Source: Tubulanus polymorphus
Lineage: Eukaryota; Animalia; Nemertea
Assembly (NCBI RefSeq): GCF_964204645.1
Contig: NC_134025.1
Location: 744,001 to 808,000, forward strand
Direction of reading: 5' to 3'
Length of the DNA stretch: 64,000 nt
Shown piece after piece: positions 58,034 to 64,000 of this stretch. Numbering within the stretch: position 1 is the stretch's first letter; every line of letters starts with the position of its first letter. The translations under genes were made by a program, and so were the position numbers. Below the pieces are notes generated by a model that worked only from the letters and a program-made list of their open reading frames with translations, made no database searches and was not told the origin of the DNA.

Positions 58034-58869
58034 AAATATGTGTCTACTTACTTTCCTGTTTTTTCAGTGAATAAATTCAGAAAGTTTAATATCGCGTTCG
58101 GTATTTGTGAAGCTAATCCGGCATAACTGAGGAAATTAATTCTATAATCTGCATTTCCGGCTGGTAATAGTTTGTAATCTATAAAATACTAAAACATGAA
58201 ATATTCATTCAGAGATTCATCTCGAAAATTCGAGTCCAATAACATATTCGATGTTAACTTACAGCTTTTGAACACATGAACAAATGCCAGGGTAAAATGA
58301 TACCCATTCCTTCAATTAATGCTACGAAAAACACGTAATTAAATCTGAAATAAACAGCCATCAATTCTAATAGCAGAAACAAGATGAAATTGAAATTGAA
58401 AATGAAATTTATTTTCATACGATGTTACATTATTGAACGATATAATAAGTATGATTAGACGAAAAAAATGTAACAGGATAATGGGGCTACACGGAGAGAC
58501 TGAAACAGTCTATCTAAGCCATATCACCCAGATGATGATGACTTCCATTATATAAAGATGTTTAAGCAAAGAAGATGTTATATAAAAGAAGGAGTAGAAG
58601 TTTTATAACAGGTTAGTGGCACCACTACTAGGTCTTCATGTTTAGATCGTTTACCTGTCTTTAATTGTGTTAGTTCGATCTGTTTTTTGAACTAGTAATA
58701 AACTCGTCGTTTCATCAATATCATCATCATTTTCTCTGATTTCACTCGGTTGAAATTTAATCGTTGATTTTTCAAAATAAACATTATATTTTTTATGTTC
58801 ATTTTTATCCTGTTTTATCCTTGTCGAATCGTTACCGATATCAAATTCCTCGTAATCCGTAGTTGACAT
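54963..58869 (-). CDS. SLC29/ENT paralog B (13 exons)
   Basis: Same exon structure as paralog A: MSTTDYEE..DETTSLLL start exon (58869-58655), EGMGIILPWHLF, CTGVWGNCFFG, GTPPRTAGIFFF, IPFFFLCNYRP, ending VLVNL*. No stops or frameshifts were seen in the exons read. Confidence 0.88.
55163..55480 (-). mobile_element. 5'-truncated non-LTR retrotransposon in the last intron of ENT-B
   Basis: Minus strand reads LPNAFKLIQLLNSKGKQLCNLSRFIQQGSKFL* (LINE ORF2 C-terminus-like), then a 3' UTR, AATAAA and a (TAATTG)n tail. It is absent from the equivalent short introns of paralogs A and C. Confidence 0.55.
57947..58033. repeat. (CTG)29 in ENT-B intron 3
   Basis: Pure tract at the homologous position. Confidence 0.95.
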
Positions 58870-59308
58870 AGTGTGTTACAGTTTAAAAATAAGAAATGAT
58901 TTAGAAAAATGTCCTCACCGTAATAGGTTTCACTGTTTAACTAAACAATACATACAACGCATGACGTGAATCTGATAAGAACAAACACGAGTTCATGAAG
59001 ATTATTATCTGTGTCATTAATATATATATATATATATCTATTTATGACATATGAAGATTCTACAGTCAGAAACGATAGGTTAAGGTTGGATTTTTATCTT
59101 GAAAATTATATCTGGCTTGAATTGAGGTCTAGAACGGGTGTTTGGATATATTTCAACAGCTCACTGAACAAGAAATATTCAGCATTCATCCCTCTTTAGA
59201 TCCCGTGAGATTCTTCTGATGGATTCCTCTTCATTTATAGTGATAACATCATAAGAACTTAACACAAAATTCAGCAAAAGTAAAATGTATTATTGGAGGA
59301 ATATATCT

Positions 59309-62179
<2,871 letters not shown>

Positions 62180-62662
62180 TGATTATCAGATAAACACCAA
62201 TTTTCAACAGAACAGATATTGAAGTCGATGAGTGTTGAACGAGTTTCAATGTACAAAAGACATCGAAACCACGTAATGTTACCAATTAATAATCATAAGA
62301 CAACCACCAGATCAAACCGCACTATTTTACCACAGTGCTTACCTATACCAGTCTGTACACAGTCTATTGATTACAATAGATCACTTGAAATGATAAAAGT
62401 CACTATTTTTATTGCAGATAGGAAAATAACAAGGCCCGAGCAGGAATTTTTTTTCTGTGGTTCTTCTTCGAGCTCTCCACCCCCGACAATTGATAGTTTG
62501 AACCAACACCCTGACAGTGACGGAGTTTCTTTCTTACGGTTTTCTCTCTGGAGCACTCCACCCCATCCACCTTTGGTTTGGAGAAGTGACATTTTCGTGT
62601 TAAACGTTAAAAGTCAACGACACATGTTGTGAAATATCAAATGTTTTATTCAAAGAATATTT

Positions 62663-64000
62663 CTACAAATTAACAAGAACATAATTACAAATAAGAGTAA
62701 AACCATGAGCGAAAACGAATCCAATACTTTGAGCAAATGCAGCCATCATACCAGCAGTTTTCTGCATCATCTTATCTTGACCTGCCGCTCTGGAACATTA
62801 CAAATAATTGACGTTTGAAATAAAACTAGGAGCCCTGGGAAACATTTCAGACTATTTCTCATTTTCATAATGGAATTTTTGAACATCGTTAAAAAATCCC
62901 AGTTTACAACACGGACTCAGAGTGTTTTATCAAAGATTAAAAGATTTTATAGATCAGAAATTTTGATTTATAAACTTACTGTTTTGCATAGATCATAGTG
63001 AGACCAGACGCATGACCTGATGATACCGTGTAAGCAATAAGAACAAACCAGAACAACCAATCATTGAAGAATACGACAGGTACATTACCCCTATTACCAG
63101 GTCTATAGTTACACAGTAAAAAGAATGGAATCGCTAACATTCGAAGCCAAATTGTCAATCCCATGTATTTAGCGGAGGGCTGAAAATTTAATAAGTAAAA
63201 TAGACAAATTATTTTGCCTCCGTGAGTGCTGGTGGCATGACCAAACCGATATCCCAGTCGTGACTCAAGACTCAAAACTCAAGACTCAATTGTTAGATTG
63301 GCTATAGAACTAAGATGGTCTTAGACTGGTCTCAAATCTAAAGCCATAACTAGGAAACTGACCCCAATTTGAAAATTCATCTGAATTTCTACAATAAGAC
63401 TCACCTTAGGGTAGGGATAACTGAGCAAGTTTCCGGCAATCATACATATGTTATATGTCAGATAAATGATATCAGAATAAAGATGATCTGAAAACAGACG
63501 ATGAAGATCGATTAAGTGTCTTACAGTAGAAAAGCTGGGACCAGTTGCACAGTCGTGACTTAAGACCAAAAGGGGTCTTAAATCTTTAGACTTGTTGGGG
63601 TTTGATTGGCTATAGGACTAAGTTGGTCTTAGACTGGTCTTAAAGCCATGACTATGCAACCGGCCCCTGGTTTACAGGAGTTAAAGAATCAGTATCGGCT
63701 TTGAGATTTTAGATAGACTTACTTGGAATGAAGAAATTTGGGTCACATTGTTCAATTTCTACTAATACAGCAGGATACAAAGCCAATCCCAAGACTCGTA
63801 ATAACCAAATGTCAAATAGTGTATACCAAACCTAGCGTTTAATGACACCAGAGGTTAGAAAATCAGGATTCGAACCCATCGCTTGTATTTGAATTGTTTG
63901 TCTTACTTTTTTCAATGTTTTTAGATAAGGCAATTTTCCATACGTGGCCAGTCTGTCTTCCTTCGTTCCTCGTTTGTCGGACATGTATGTAGATCTGAAA
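62663..64000 (-). CDS. SLC29/ENT paralog D, 3' part only (last 5 exons; the rest lies beyond the window)
   Basis: Exons homologous to A-C: LYPAVLVEIEQCDPNFFIP, HLYSDIIYLTYNICMIAGNLLSYPYPK (63487-63405), PSAKYMGLTIWLRMLAIPFFLLCNYRP, last exon ending VLVNL*. Confidence 0.85.
63538..63666. mobile_element. PIF/Harbinger-like MITE (TTAAGACC subfamily)
   Basis: CTG|GGACCAGTTGCACAGTCGTG ... CATGACTATGCAACCGGCCC|CTG; CWG target duplication. Confidence 0.65.

Overview
AT-rich, intron-rich, microsatellite-rich genomic DNA from an invertebrate animal (GT-AG introns plus one U12-type intron); it is not prokaryotic. The + strand carries an almost complete androglobin (ADGB) gene of about 39 coding exons (2284-42714, about 1,720 codons): calpain-like domain, circularly permuted globin split by an IQ motif, and a C-terminal coiled coil. 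A convergent 5-exon CCDC85 gene lies on the - strand (46564-48195). After it comes a head-to-tail array of four diverged equilibrative nucleoside transporter (SLC29/ENT) genes on the - strand, three complete and one truncated by the window end. The introns hold PIF/Harbinger-like and piggyBac-like MITEs, LINE 3' ends, Penelope-type minimal hammerhead ribozymes and many minisatellites. Most notable are a duplicated alternative last exon of ADGB, a Ser at the distal-pocket position of the globin, a U12 intron, a nascent duplicated mini-exon, an ENT array with a rewired substrate pocket and patchy gene conversion, and a minisatellite built from consensus estrogen-response-element palindromes. All exon boundaries were read by eye. 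Comparisons with human proteins rely on recalled sequences and need confirming by alignment.
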